DNA of 64,000 bases from Balanoglossus misakiensis (Eukaryota; Animalia; Hemichordata). The first letter of the stretch is position 1. Every line of letters starts with the position of its first letter. Shown piece after piece: positions 50,817-64,000 of the stretch. The translations under genes were made by a program, and so were the position numbers. The stretch is from positions 7,192,001 through 7,256,000 of the forward strand of contig CM082590.2 of the NCBI GenBank assembly GCA_040954595.2, read 5' to 3'. A model generated the notes under the pieces. It searched no databases, was not told the origin of the DNA, and worked only from the letters and a program-made list of their open reading frames with translations.

Positions 50817-53653
50817 TATATTGGTGTTTATAATATTATAAAATGATATTTCCCCCCGAGAGGTCTTGTTTATTTGAAGACTTTAGTATTTACTTTAGTA
50901 TTTAGAAAGAAGTCGCGGTCACCGCGAGGTCCTAAAACAAGAATCTTTGGTGAAAATATTTGTTCACCTATATATTTGTTCACCTATTTGGCCTATTTAT
51001 ATCTGCGGCGATCTGTTCTTACATATGCGTTTCGAAAACCATGTCAACGTTTATAGAACCACACGTCACACGTGTTTCTTTACTTTCATGTATATGTACT
51101 TCGATACGAAAATTCGTTTATTTTGTTGTAGTTGTTGTTGTTTGCATTCTGAATTCATAGTTTCAACGGAAAACTAAATAGCGTCGTTTGCGATCGGAAA
51201 GTCGCATCTACAGGCCTATCTTTAGCCTACGGAAAAAACCCCCCAGAAATTTCCATTGCGACTTTTCATTGACAACTCTAGAATCTTGATACGCCAGTAG
51301 AATGTGTCTGTCATTACGTTTTAATTCATATTTCAATTGGAATAAAAATTCATTGCTTTCGGAAATATATAACTCTTGTTCGTATCTGTAGATGACTGGG
51401 CATAGCAACTGACGGATATTGGTACTGTGAATGTGTACACTACTTCTCCTCGTATTTACTAATGTTATAAACAGTTTGGGCGTGGTGCCCATCCCAGGCG
51501 AGTTATATTCATAGCTAGATGACAGGAAATACCCATTTGTGAAATATGATGGTACAAACCGCAAGGATACATTGTTAACACCAATGTAGGCATTTCTATC
51601 TAGCAGACGACCATCACGTACACGAGTTACAGCGCGGAAGTGAGCCCAACATTCGTAGATAGACTAAATTCGTGTGCATTTCGAGCTCGGTGATTTTTTG
51701 CCACGCTGTGTATCACTGCTATTTGGGTAAAATTATCACCATATGGTGACCGCGCTGTCCTCCTAACTACTCTTAATGCTTTTCTGAGGTGCTGGTTGTC
51801 AGCCACTGACTGAAATGGTGTTCATTCTCCTTATTATTTTCACAATTTTCTGCAGACTTACCGAGATCCATCAGTTCAGGCGGGCAAAAATCAAAGTCAG
51901 TCCGCAAGCTCATCTTTTGGCAAGACACGAAGTTAGCCAGCATATAGCAGTAGGTAAAAGTTTGCATAAATTCTCAGGCTCGAAACCTTTCCATGACGTT
52001 TATACGTCTTGCTTATTTTAACGTACTACGGTTAGAAAATGTTGTTGTTCATATACATTGTTGCAAGCTGTGTGGACCGAAAAAAAAAATCGTCGTTCGA
52101 TCCGTTCCTTTCAATTCACCGCATCGCGAACTATTTTCATGATAGAAAAAAATCATCTCAAATTTGCGTGCATTGTCTCACCTCTCGAAAGATCACTTCT
52201 TGCTGTTTATAATGATGGTGGTAGTGAACAGAGATGATACGTATCTACTACAGCTAGTCGACAACAGATTGGTACGCTACCTTGCTGTGTTCGTATACCC
52301 CGGGGGAAACACTCCCAATATTTTCACACGGGGGTGTGCGGCCTAAGTACGAAACATCAACACAATGTATGCTCCAAAACTTGACCAATTTCTAGTCCAA
52401 ATCTAGTCCATTAACTGTTGTTCTCTTGCATGTTGATGTTCTATTCTTTACTATCGATCACATGATCTGGCTGTGTGTCCCATGGCGATGTCATTTCCAG
52501 GTGACGGGCAAGCAATATTTCGGCATCAAGTAAAAGTTTTTCCGAGTATGTTTTTACTTCAGAACCGCCAGACATGTAACATGTATCAGATATGGTGCCT
52601 TATCAGTTTTGTCTGCACAGTCTTTGTCTGCACCACGTTGCTGAAGTTGCCCGTCATCTGGAAATTTGAATGCCAACGCAACTGCCGCCTGAGCGTGTCT
52701 GACGTCATTTGATATCGAAGAGTTCTCATATATCAATGTATTACTTTTTAGGCATAACTATTGGTAAGAAAGGACCATATTAACAGACTTCGAAATGGGC
52801 CCCAGAACATGTATTTTAACTCACCAGAACCACTCACATACTCAACAGAGGGACATTCACAACAGTAAGTTTCATGTAACATTGTCACTCATGTTTAATT
52901 TGTCCATATTAAAATGTACAGCCATAGTCAGAAATTGATAATATGGTTGTGAATACCTATCAGCTAGCTCATTTTAATGGATCATTCTAATTTTGTAAAA
53001 AAAAATGAAAATAATGCAAAAAATGACAGCTATTTATTGTCTCCACTATCAAAACCTGTTGAAATACATATTATTTCCTGGTGATTTCCAAGACTATAAA
53101 ATCCTTTAAAATCCATAAGTGAAATATTGCTTCATACATTACAAATAGTTATTTCCCTCCAAACAAAAACAATCACAGGAGCAAATAATTGGGATATATT
53201 TACAAAATCTAGTCACATATAGACAATGGTCTTTGTATGAATGAGTATTATGTTTTAATATCACACACAGGATAAAATGAGTTTACAGACAAAACCTTAT
53301 TATTATTCTTAAAATATAAATGTTCATTTAATTCCATTTAATTTTGAAAAGCAAAATGCCTTGACTGTGAACTCCATGTTTATAGAAGCTCCCATCATAA
53401 AAATGATTGAAACACTCAAAATGAGAAAATGCGATAAAAATAAGGGAATATTGCATTATACAAGGATTAGGGGTGTGGTGTGATCTCACTGACTAGCAAA
53501 AATTGCACGACAATGCGTATTGTTCAAAGCATTGACATGTTGGAGATATTACATTCCCCCCTTGCCAGAGTGGAATCCCCCCCCCAAATATTCTTGCAAA
53601 GGGGGACATACCCCCCCCCCCCCTGCTAATACCATCCTGAATGAAACACTGAG

Positions 53654-53941
53654 TAAAACCACTGTAGGGACTGTGATAAAACAACGTAAAATGGGTATAG
53701 GACACGTACGTGATCAATTCTACTGCTGCTCCACTGGAGCTTGGACTGTACCATTCTCTTGTGGGGAGGGCCAAGGTCGAGTCACCTGGGTACCCTTACT
53801 AAAACCACTGTAGGGACTGTGATAAAACTACGTAAAATGGGTATAGGACACCTACGTGATCAATTCTACTGCTGCTCCACTGGAGCTTGGACTGTACCAT
53901 TCTCTTGTGGGGAGGGCCAAGGTCGAGTCACCTGGGTACCC
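53654..53941. repeat. 146-bp direct tandem duplication
   Basis: taaaaccactgtagggactgtg...gtcacctgggtaccc starts at 53654 and again at 53800, nearly identical. Confidence 0.9.
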
Positions 53942-54125
53942 CTACATTACTCAGACCTAAAATGTTTGCTTTCCATTTACAGGAAGAAAAATCCATGTAC
54001 AGTGCACCAGCTCTGTTGAAATATGACAATGACAGGACACTTATCATACAGTAAGTTTATACATCATCAGGAGTTTTGTAATGATTCAGTATTTGTTCAT
54101 ACCTTTATCAAGAAGCCAGAACATA

Positions 54126-54334
54126 CTGTAAAACATGTTATTTTTGCGAGCAATAAATTTTCGCCAACTACGCGAGAGCCAAAATAGCGTGAAAATAAAA
54201 AGTCGCGTAAATTGTTTTTGAAGATAACGATGCAGTGAATGAAATACGAGAACGCGAAAATTAATACTCGCGAAACAGGGGCCTCTCTCGATATCGCGAA
54301 AATTTTCAACTGGCGAAAATAAAGTGTTTTACAG
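54126..54334. mobile_element. TA-flanked MITE
   Basis: Structure ta-ctgtaaaaca...tgttttacag-ta with imperfect internal inverted repeats. Confidence 0.7.
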
Positions 54335-54446
54335 TATCTGCGTCATATGCAGATAGTTTGATTGACAAAAAACTTGCCAGAAGTGTTTTTATAGCTGTCC
54401 TGCAGCAAGTCTATTCCAATCTGCATGAAACACTGTATGTCTCTGT

Positions 54447-57400
54447 TCACCAATGATCGTGCTGTATGGCGCTCAGTGCGTCGATCGCGCTCTGTATGGC
54501 TAGCGGCTCGACGTACATACGCTCCGCTTCCGGGCGCAACTGTGGAGGTTGGTGGACGGGTACGGTGACGCGTGGCTGTTCCGGTCGCGGCGGTGGGACG
54601 TGCGTGTGACTCGCGTTTCCCGTGGTTTCCGCGGCGACCGGTGACGTTTTTGGTTTCTTCGACGACGCTTGTCCGTCGTCTTTGCGGTGCACCTTCATGT
54701 GCGTGCGCAGGTTGTCGGCGCGGTTCACCTTCTTGCCGCACACGGGGCACTGGAAGGGCTTCTCGCCCGAGTGCACGGCCATGTGGCGCTTGAGGTGGCC
54801 GCTCTTGAAGAAGGCGCCGCCGCACAGCCGGCACTTGTAGCGCTTGTCGCCCGTGTGGTGGCGCTTGTGGTCCACCATCTGCTGGCTCTTGACGAAGCGC
54901 TTGCCGCACACCTCGCACTGGAAGGGCCGCTCGCCCGTGTGGCGCCGGAAGTGCGCCTTCAGGTCGTCGGCGCGCACGAACGCGTACTCGCACACGGTGC
55001 ACTTGAAGGGCTTCTGGCCCGTGTGGATGAACTTGTGCGAGCGCAGACTCGACGGCTGGCTGAAGGTCCGCCCGCACTGATCGCACTGGTAAGGCTTCTC
55101 GCCGGTGTGACACCGAATGTGAACGACGAGATTTGATTTCTGCGGGAATTTCCGCCCGCACGTCTCGCACGCGTAGATCTTCTCCCGGTGGTGCATGCGC
55201 ACGTGGGCCTTCAGCGTCGTCGTGTGCGTGAACCTCTTCCCGCACTTGTCGCACTGCAGCGTCTTCTCCTCCTCGGTGGCGTGGATCTCCCGGTGCATGG
55301 TCAGGTGCGTCGCCGACGTAAACGTCTTCTCGCAGGCATCGCAGCGGAACGGTCGCTCCTTCTTGTGCACCGCCCGCACGTGCTGCTGGAGATTCGAATA
55401 CCCGCCGAGTGTCTTCCCGCACTCCTTACACGTGAGTTTCTCCTTCGCGTGTTTCTTCCTATGCCGTTTCAAATCCATGGCTTTCTTAAAAGTCTCTCCA
55501 CAGACTTCGCAGACACTGGACGTTTCCTCGCCCGGAGATACGACTCGTCGAGGTTTACGCGTGATAAACGTATATTTCCTTTTCGTTTGCGGTTGACCTT
55601 TCGGTTCATAATCCTTATCATTTTCATCATCACCGTCGTCGCCATCATCATCATCATCTTCTGCATCACTCTTCTCTAAATCGCGCTCACCGTCACCCCG
55701 CAGCGCGTCTTGGGATACTTCGACTGCCGGTGGTTGTTTATTTGTTTTTCGATTTCCCGTTGGCCGTCCGCGTTTCCGCTTGACGGGACCGACAGCGGGT
55801 TCAATCGCTCTCTTAGGAGACGGCTGTTTCCTACGACGTGTTCTCCTTAACGGCACGGCGACAATCTCCGTATCAACATCCCCTGTCTGCGTTTCCTGAT
55901 CAGCATACTCAACACGGCCGTCTTTTCCGATATTTCCATCAGACACTGCAGTCTTTACTGTCCCTATAAATAAATAAAATAAAATAAAAGTAACAGTTAT
56001 AAAATGTTATTCAGCAATCATCAGTGGATTCAGTTACACATCAGATGTTCAATAAACACCAAATATCATGGTGATACACGCAGCGGTTTTCAAGTTTTTG
56101 ATGTGGACGGACATACACACATCCATACATACAGACGCAACCGATATCATAAGGTCCCATGGTATATCTATACATAAACCATATGGGACCTAAAAATTGC
56201 ATTTAACCCATTGACCACCATGGTTTGGTCCAAATGCATTGTTTTCTATGTTAATATTGAACCTGTATTGAGTAACTGGGTACATTAGAGATCCCCATTT
56301 CCATGTGAAGAGGTCCAACCTTACCATAGAAAACAATGGATTTGGACTGAACCATGGTGGGGAAAGGGGTAAAATTTCCCACCAACCTCCTTTCATGGCT
56401 TCCATCTTCTTCTTCAGTTTTGCCTCCGTGTCAGAGTCCACACCAATGAAGACATCCTTGTGGTCAGCCGTGAGTCCCGTGTCAAAGTACTTCTCCAGAA
56501 ACTCCTCTGTCCCGTAGACTAATGAACTACTCTCTGAGCCAACCATTTTAAGAAACACCTCACATCCGAAAGATGTCACTAAATCGTGGACCTGAAAAAT
56601 AAGGAGAAAGATATTATTCTAGACACAGTCAGGCTGATCGCCACAAAAAAATTTAAAATCAATGTTGACATGTTCAGATTTTATTTTACTTAGTAAATAT
56701 GACAATACAGTGGCCAATCCTAACATAGAATGTAGATGAGGTATATTACAATCATCTATATTTTGTGCTATAATATACAATATTTTGATTTTCAAGACAT
56801 TGTATAATAGACCATGTTGACGATCAAATTACTGGGCTGTTAATAGAGAAAGTCACTCAGAAATGTAAAAAAATCACTGTAACAAAGTGGCCACTATATA
56901 GAGGTGGCCACTAACACAGGTTTGACTGTACATGTGAATTGCACAGGGACTGTAACAAAGTGGCCACTATATAGAGGTGGCCACTAACACAGGTTTGACT
57001 GTACATGTGAATTGCACAGGGACTGTAACAAAGTGGCCACTATATAGAGGTGGCCACTAACACAGGTTTGACTGTACATGTGAATTGCACAGGGACTGTA
57101 ACAAAGTGGCCACTATATAGAGGTGGCCACTAAGGCTGCATTCACAAACACCTCTGGAGGGGGGGGCGGGAGAATTGAGGGGGGGGATTTGAAAAAATTG
57201 AGGGTATGTAAGGGGGGGGATTTGAAATAATTTAGGGACTGAAAGGGGGGGACTTGAAAAATTTTAACGACTAAATATTTATTTTGAGTCCACAAAAATG
57301 CAGTTTCGCGCCCTTTATTTTACAAAATTTTCTAATGTGGGAGGGGGACACCCCCTCCCACACCCACCCCCTCCATTCATCAACACCTTTCAATCATTGA

Positions 57401-59432
57401 CTGGTTTATCTAGTGTCCCAGGTCAGGGGACTTGCCCCACCCCATGATAACTTTGAGCGGCGACGGTTAAATTTGTCCTCCCCAACATACCGGTAGTTGA
57501 GTTAATTTGCTTTTGCCGGGTTCATTAAAATGCAGCTTTGAGCTCTGTATTTTAGAAAATTTTCTTACGTGGGAGGGGGACACCCCCTCCCAAACCCACC
57601 CCCTTCAATTCTCGGTTTACAATGTCTCCCAACACAGAATACAAATATATCTACTTAAAAAATAAAAACAATGTTCAGTTTTAATACCCACTGATGAGGG
57701 GAAACATCAGTTTCAAATTCTTTTCATGGGAGCGCTGTTTTTCTTTTTACAAGATAGATAGGTGATGTGTTTTGCTCTGTGAAAGAAAATGGGGGGGGGG
57801 GATTTCAAAATTTTGGCAGTTCGGAAGGGGGGGATTTGAAAATATTGGCAGTTCGGAAGGGGGGCATGTGAAAATTAGCGGTAAAAAAAATTGAATTCTC
57901 CCGCCCCCCCCTCCAGAGGTGTTTGTGAATGCAGCCTAACACAGGTTTGACTGTACATGTAAATTGCACAGGGACTGTAACAAAGTGGCCACTATATAGA
58001 GGTGGCCACTAACACTAGGTTTGACTGTACATGTAAATTGCACAGGGACTGTAACAAAGTGGCCACTAACACAGGTTTGACTGTACATGTAAATTGCACA
58101 GGGACTGTAACAAAGTGGCCACTATATAGAGGTGGTCACTAACATAGGTTTGACTGTACATGTAAATTGCACAGGGACTGTAACAAAGTGGCCACTATAT
58201 AGAGGTGGTCACTAACATAGGTTTGACTGTACATGTAAATTGCACAGGGACTGTAACAAAGTGGCCACTAACACAGGTTTGACTGTACATGTAAATTGCA
58301 CAGGGACTGTAACAAAGTGGCCACTATATAGAGGTGGTCACTAACATAGGTTTGACTGTACATGTAAATTGCACAGGGACTGTAACAAAGTGGCCACTAT
58401 ATAGAGGTGGCCATTATTAACACAGGTTGGACTGTACATGTAAATTACACAGGGACTGTAACAAAGTGACCACTATATAGAGGTGGCCACTATACAGAGG
58501 TGGCCACTAACAGTAGATTAGACTGTACATACCTTTTGGAAAACACACTCCATCAGCTGTTCCTTTGGGTCACTTTTCACCTCCCTGGGACATTCCGGTC
58601 TATCTGTGACCAGCTCCGGTCTTCTCCCGGATGATTCCGTCCTGCCTGTGGAACCACTGTGTCCGCTTCCTTCGGTGATCAATGTATCCATTGCATGTGC
58701 GTTGTCTTGTGTATTCCTTGATCTTTCTGATTCTTCCATGACGAATCCAGCTTTGTCAACACTAGACTCGTGTCTATACTCCCCACCAGACCTCTGTTGT
58801 CTATTTTCTTGTAGATCTGGGAAATGCTCCTGCCTGTCTACTCTATACTCCAGTCTATTCTGGAGCGTCTCCGGTCTATCCGCTCGACCGCTCAAATCAA
58901 GGCCCGGTCTACTCTCCCCCTGCTCTAATCTATTCACTATAGACTCAGACTTATCAGAGGAATACTCTAGTCTATTCGGTGGCGCGTCCGGTCTACTTCC
59001 AGTATCTTGTGTCTGGCTCATGGAATAGTCTTGTACTTCCTGGGACACTGCAGTATATCCTGTTCTATTCAGTACGTGATCCGATCTATTCCCAAGTATT
59101 TCTTGTCTACTCTGTGAGTATTCCTGTCTACTCAAGGACTGTTCTGGTCTATTCAAAACTATATCTTCTCTCCTCATCAAATGTTCTTGTCTAGCCACGT
59201 GCTCCGGTCTGCTTGTATACTCTGGTCTATGCTGGGTTTGTTCTGATCTATTCACACTATACTCCGGTCTATCAACTATATACTCGTCTGCATGGAGTGG
59301 TCTGCTGACTGAATACTCTGGTCTGGCTGTAGTATATTCTGGTCTATCAGCCCCATGTTCTTGTCTATCAGGTATATATTCCTGCCTATTCATCATGTGC
59401 TGTCTATTCGTTTGATAGTTTGAAGGATCCAT
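54447..59432 (-). CDS. C2H2 (Kruppel-type) zinc-finger protein: 10 fingers, an AT-hook-like motif and a repetitive N-terminus
   Basis: Exons 59432-58533, 56591-56387 and 55963-54447 join in frame. Ten CxxC...HxxxH fingers with HTGEKP-type linkers; KRKRGRP; an acidic tract. An acceptor near 59495 implies a further upstream exon, probably non-coding. Confidence 0.88.
56877..58529. repeat. 73-bp intronic tandem array interrupted by a MITE
   Basis: The unit ctgtaacaaagtggccactatatagaggtggccactaacacaggtttgactgtacatgtgaattgcacaggga starts at 56877, 56950 and onward. Confidence 0.92.
57134..57936. mobile_element. PIF/Harbinger-like MITE
   Basis: TIR ggctgcattcacaaacacctctggagggggggggcgggagaatt with its reverse complement at the other end; TAA TSD at 57131-57133 and 57937-57939. 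Confidence 0.85.
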
Positions 59433-61258
59433 GATGATGTTTCATTTAAACCAGAGATGTGTTGAGACTTACAAGTTCAATCTGCTTGTTGTATCTGGAA
59501 AGAGGAGATAAATAAACATGAGTTGCTTTATTCTAACCCCTTTGCCACAATGGTTTGGTCCAAATCCATTGTTTTCTATGGTGTTTTGGACCTCTATAGA
59601 GGGAACTGGGGGTGAAAGGTTTAAGTTGGAATGGCACCCCACTTCTACTATTTTTTAATTGATAAAATCTTCTCCTTAACCTTAGTCGAAAAATTACACT
59701 ATTTCGATTTTGGAGAGAGTTTCATTATCCATGACATGCGTATTCTTGCAACGGGCAGCCGACGGGTGAATGACCTGTTTATTATTTAACTTGTTTATAT
59801 TTACATGTACAGCCACAATCAAAGGTCGACAATATGTTTATGTATAATAGTAATACCCATCAGTTAGCTCAGCGACCAAATTGCCCTATGTTGCTATTTT
59901 ATCGAAAGCATTCCTCAAAACAACAACCGATAGCAATTTAATAACGCAAACCACACACCCACTGGATCTCGGTGTTGTAAAGCACAATGTTTTGCAAAAA
60001 TCAGGGGTCGCCAAAAATGTCCTCACTCAGCGAGTAATCAAATTTCAATAACTATTACCGAAACCTTACCTTTAATCGGTAGATCCCCCGAATACCGATA
60101 TTTCTCGGAGCGATTAAATAGTAAAATAGTGTCCGATTGTTTGAGATATTGCGGAAAAATTCGTGAAAATGTAAAACGTTTTGCGACGGTGTAGGAAACG
60201 CTGGGGTCATCTAGGGTTTTGGTGTTTACTTCCGGGTTAGGACCAAACCCAACGATGGGGGCGCTCAACTAGACGTTTCTTTTGTTTTTATGTATACAGC
60301 CTTTGCATGACCTGTCAACAGGTCAAATTTGACTGGCGTACGTGGTCTATGAAAAAAAGCCTTAGGGATTTTTGTGAGCGGTACAAAATCTCAGTGTACA
60401 AAACATTGGATTTTGAGCGTTCGATCCAGTTACTGTGGTTACTTGACGCGCACCCTATCGCTGACCGTATTAGCGTTGCAGCCGTAACGTACCATACTCG
60501 GACAAGGGGGTGTGCACACAATCGTGCGTATTTTCAACTAGTTACAAAGGACGTTCATAACGGTTTCGTTCAAAATTGAGTGTAGGCCCATAGCAACGGG
60601 CATAGCAAAATAAAGGCCCATAGCAACGGGCAAAAAGATACGGATGCCCCAACTTAACACGGTCCCTAGATCTGTATCTAACATACGTGCCAGCGGTCTA
60701 CCAGAGAAATAAACGTCGATATGAACGAATTTGACACAAAATCGTCCCACCCAAAAATATTTCGTGACATCTACTCGCTTCAAGTAGTTGTTTATTTCTT
60801 ATTTTTTTCTTTGATAAACTTCTGGGAATTCGATTAACCTTTTTTGTTCCTTAAGTAAATGATACTTGCTTTGTGGGGATAATTTACGTGAGAACACTAT
60901 TAAACATTATGAAATATTGCAAAGTGCCGAGTTACTGGCTCTTCTGGTCTTTGGCGTGCCTCCCACTGTAGTTCTCACGATCTTAGACCCAAGCATCGCC
61001 GGCTCATAAATTTGAAATCTCAGACGACGTTTCAAAACAGTGTTGTTGGCAATATGGCTGTTAAAACAAGCTGATCATAAATCTTGGGCGTTAATGATGA
61101 CGAAGTAGAATCCTGGCGGTGGTCCCTTTTCGCTTCGGCCGCTGAAAACGAAAGTATCTGTGGGGGTCTGTTTTATGGCGGCGCGTTACCCAATACCATA
61201 CGGCAAAATAAGACACCACTGGGGGCGCTTTCCATAAAAGAGAACACACATGCGTTAA

Positions 61259-61647
61259 GGATGTACGTTCAGTAAAATAGTAATTGTGGATTTTTAGATT
61301 CTCCTTTGTATGTATAATGAAAATCCGTAATAAAATATAGGGGTGCTTGTTTTTGAAATACATATCCATGAATATAGTCGATAATAGAAGAAAACTGCCG
61401 ACTCAGTATTTTTCACCAATGGTTTGTCTATGGGCAAATTTTTTAACGCAATTTATCGCAAAATAGAGCGCGGTGACCCCTATATTTTATTTGACCAATG
61501 AATTTATATTTGCTGGACTGAGCTATGTGTAAAATTTCGTGAAAATGACAATAGTAGAAGTTTGTTTTCTAGCGATTATCAATGTAATCCTATGGGGAAA
61601 AAGACGGGTGCGCGCAGTTTTCCGGTTTATGTTCTGCGCGTACATTC
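61259..61647. mobile_element. TTAA-flanked MITE family 3 (GGATGTACG termini, Kolobok-like)
   Basis: Structure ttaa-ggatgtacgttcag...ctgcgcgtacattc-ttaa; a near-identical copy lies at ~35016-35404. Confidence 0.75.
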
Positions 61648-64000
61648 TTAAGTGTTGAGCAGTTCATACAACTACCCAGGGATATTTTTCAAACGTTCCC
61701 TTGGGGGTGAAAATAAAATGCGGGCGTGTCGTGGGGTGGTTGTTACAATGGGAACAGACGCACCCCTACTTACGCCTGAAATGATAAAATCCATATGGCT
61801 GGCATCTACTACAATAGAATCAAAACACCGTCGCATTTTGCAGGTCGTTGACCTCTGAACGCTAACGAGTGGCGGCAGATTTTATCTGTCTGTGGTTTAA
61901 TGTACCACAGTGAGCGCTAGTCGACCGATGTGCTTGCAGCATTGCTAAAACAGAATATGACTGCTGAATCATTCATATAGGGCCTACTTTTGTATCAAGG
62001 CACTGTGCTTTGGTGATGGAAAATTAAAGCCCCTATAGCTGCCAAATTTCCACGTAAAATACGTCAAATATATTCCCTATCCTCTAAAATCTTCACCATT
62101 AATTAAGCCATATTACTTGCATTTGCATCAGTTTGTCATCTCTTGGCGACGGATACCATGATAACTGCGTACTGTTTGTATGGAGGCTGATTAAATCGGT
62201 GTGGCACCCGTTTAATATATAGCGTGTTCAAATTGCAACATGACAGAGACTGGGAGACACTGAGGTAGATAGACAGGCAGACAGACAGACTAATAGAGAT
62301 ACACAGGCACGAAGACAGACAGACAGACAGACAGATATAATACATTCCTATCGTTCAATAACGTCGATGTATTTATCATGAAGTAAATTTCCCTCCAGGT
62401 CAGAAGAAACGCCTGTGAACACACCATGTCGACTTCTGTTCTTAATGATGAGTCATGTGATCCGGGTGTAAGTGGTATTTACGAGGAAGGTCAAAGGTTA
62501 AGGAACCCCGAGGGGATGAGAAGCGTCCACGCTCATCTTGTTATCGCGACGACCACGTGGTGATATCAAACGTGAAAATGTTGGTGGCAGGTCCCGGGTA
62601 CACCTTCGACGGCGCCAATCAGGTGTTTCAAGAGTACGCAAGACCGAACTACGTCACGATTTCACACGGTAGGTACTTGTCAATATCTCTATATGTCTGT
62701 CACTGTCAATCTCTCTCTCCCCTCCCCCAGGCCTACACGCACTATAAACCATGTTGCAGTGCACGTCTTTCGAAAATAACAGTAGAGATATGAATTGCTC
62801 TCCTGAAATTTGCCAGGTGAGTGGTAGGGAGAGTGATTCAACAAAATACCTGTAATAAATGTGAGTGTCACCTGAGTGGAAAATCACTCTCTTGAATTTC
62901 GGTTTGCGCGAGTTGTAGGCGAGTGGAGTGATCACTCTCCTCAAAAGGCATGGCCTGAAGTTGTGTGTCGTCCTTTATTTCCTATCAATTTGTTTGGTTT
63001 ACATACAATAATGTCTACAGAATCACACCAAGGTCAGGGAAGACAAACTCCCTGTGTCTACCCTGTAGTTTTTGTCCACCACGGTAATACTCGCGCACCA
63101 TAATTACATCTTCGCCCGCCAAGGTCTTTGCTCTCTGAAAACAGAGAGACTATAGTCAAGCTCACGACCAGTGCGAGCAGACGATGAGACAGAACCTGCT
63201 TCTAGGGTATGCTACTGAAGCCATGGAGGGAAAATAATCTCTATGCTGAGTCATCGAAAGAAATTAAACCTCAATAAAATAGTCTGGTGCATTGAATCGA
63301 CACTTTTAAAGAGATTGTTCAACTTTCCCGGGACAGATGATATCTGGTGATATTACGTACAGATGAAAGTCGTGTTCCATCCAATGTTGATTTTTTTTAT
63401 TTTCTGAGAGTGAATCTTTCGCTGTGTCAATCATTCCAACGACGCCCCGTTAAAGCGAACGACTACCGATGCTTAACCACGTTAAAACAACCACTGCCAG
63501 TGGGGTTGACGACATCAGGTGTATTGGCTGCCCAATCCTGCCAAACATATGAAGATTTTATACACAAATACAAATACCTGTACGCAGGGCTTAACAGAAG
63601 GTACAGATGTATAAACTAACTTGACAGATTTTTTTCTTCGACTGGGTTTCCTCGAGTTATTGCCCTTGCTGCGACGGTCCGAAGGTTAACAAGATTGCTT
63701 TGAGAAAAGGCATGACCCCCGCTGATTATGAACCCGATCGATTTCACTAGAGAGCAGACGACACTTTTCCCGCCGTTTCTGTGACGCAGAAAACCGAGAA
63801 AGAAAAGACAAAAATCTTACTTTCTTGAAAATTCTGGCTCAAATTGTTAAGTTACAACTTCAGCGGAATTTTTCATCCCGGAGATTAAAAGCTTACCACA
63901 AAACATTGCAACTTAAAAATAAACATATGCATGGAAGTACGTGGTCTTGCCTGCAGACATTACACGCTAATAGAAACCAGAGTTTATCTGTCTTGAGTGA

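Noticed and set aside
54343-55679. Long alternative-frame and antisense ORFs overlapping the zinc-finger exon
   Set aside because: Expected by-product of GC-rich codon usage; no recognisable domain.
59621-60657. Single TTAA-flanked element spanning the presumed zinc-finger promoter
   Set aside because: The ends are only weakly inverted, and the left TTAA belongs to the piggyBac-like MITE.
61650-64000. Short ORFs at the end of the window
   Set aside because: No recognisable motifs and no consistent exon chain could be built.

Overview
Intron-containing animal genomic DNA, most consistent with an invertebrate deuterostome such as a hemichordate (inferred from gene content). Spliced models built by hand from GT-AG junctions give eight genes: an HPGD-like short-chain dehydrogenase (-), a FOXRED2-like flavoprotein (+, head-to-head with it), an SLC30/ZnT2-type zinc transporter (-), four ST8Sia-type GT29 sialyltransferase paralogues (two +, two -) and a 10-finger C2H2 zinc-finger gene (-). 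The window also holds a defective Tc1 transposon, an 87-bp satellite that flips orientation, and many non-autonomous DNA transposons whose TIRs and TSDs can be read directly. Main observations: (1) one FOXRED2-like intron is a complete TIR element whose 6-bp TSD (AAGGTC) supplies both splice sites, i.e. an Introner-type intron gain; (2) a 3.7-kb Academ-type foldback element splits the last coding exon of the HPGD-like gene; (3) all four sialyltransferases have Asn instead of the catalytic His of sialylmotif VS, plus a Glu in motif S; (4) the Tc1 transposase has DD42E spacing; (5) the zinc-finger protein carries a MADS-box-like segment. All family assignments come from motif recognition; no database search was run.
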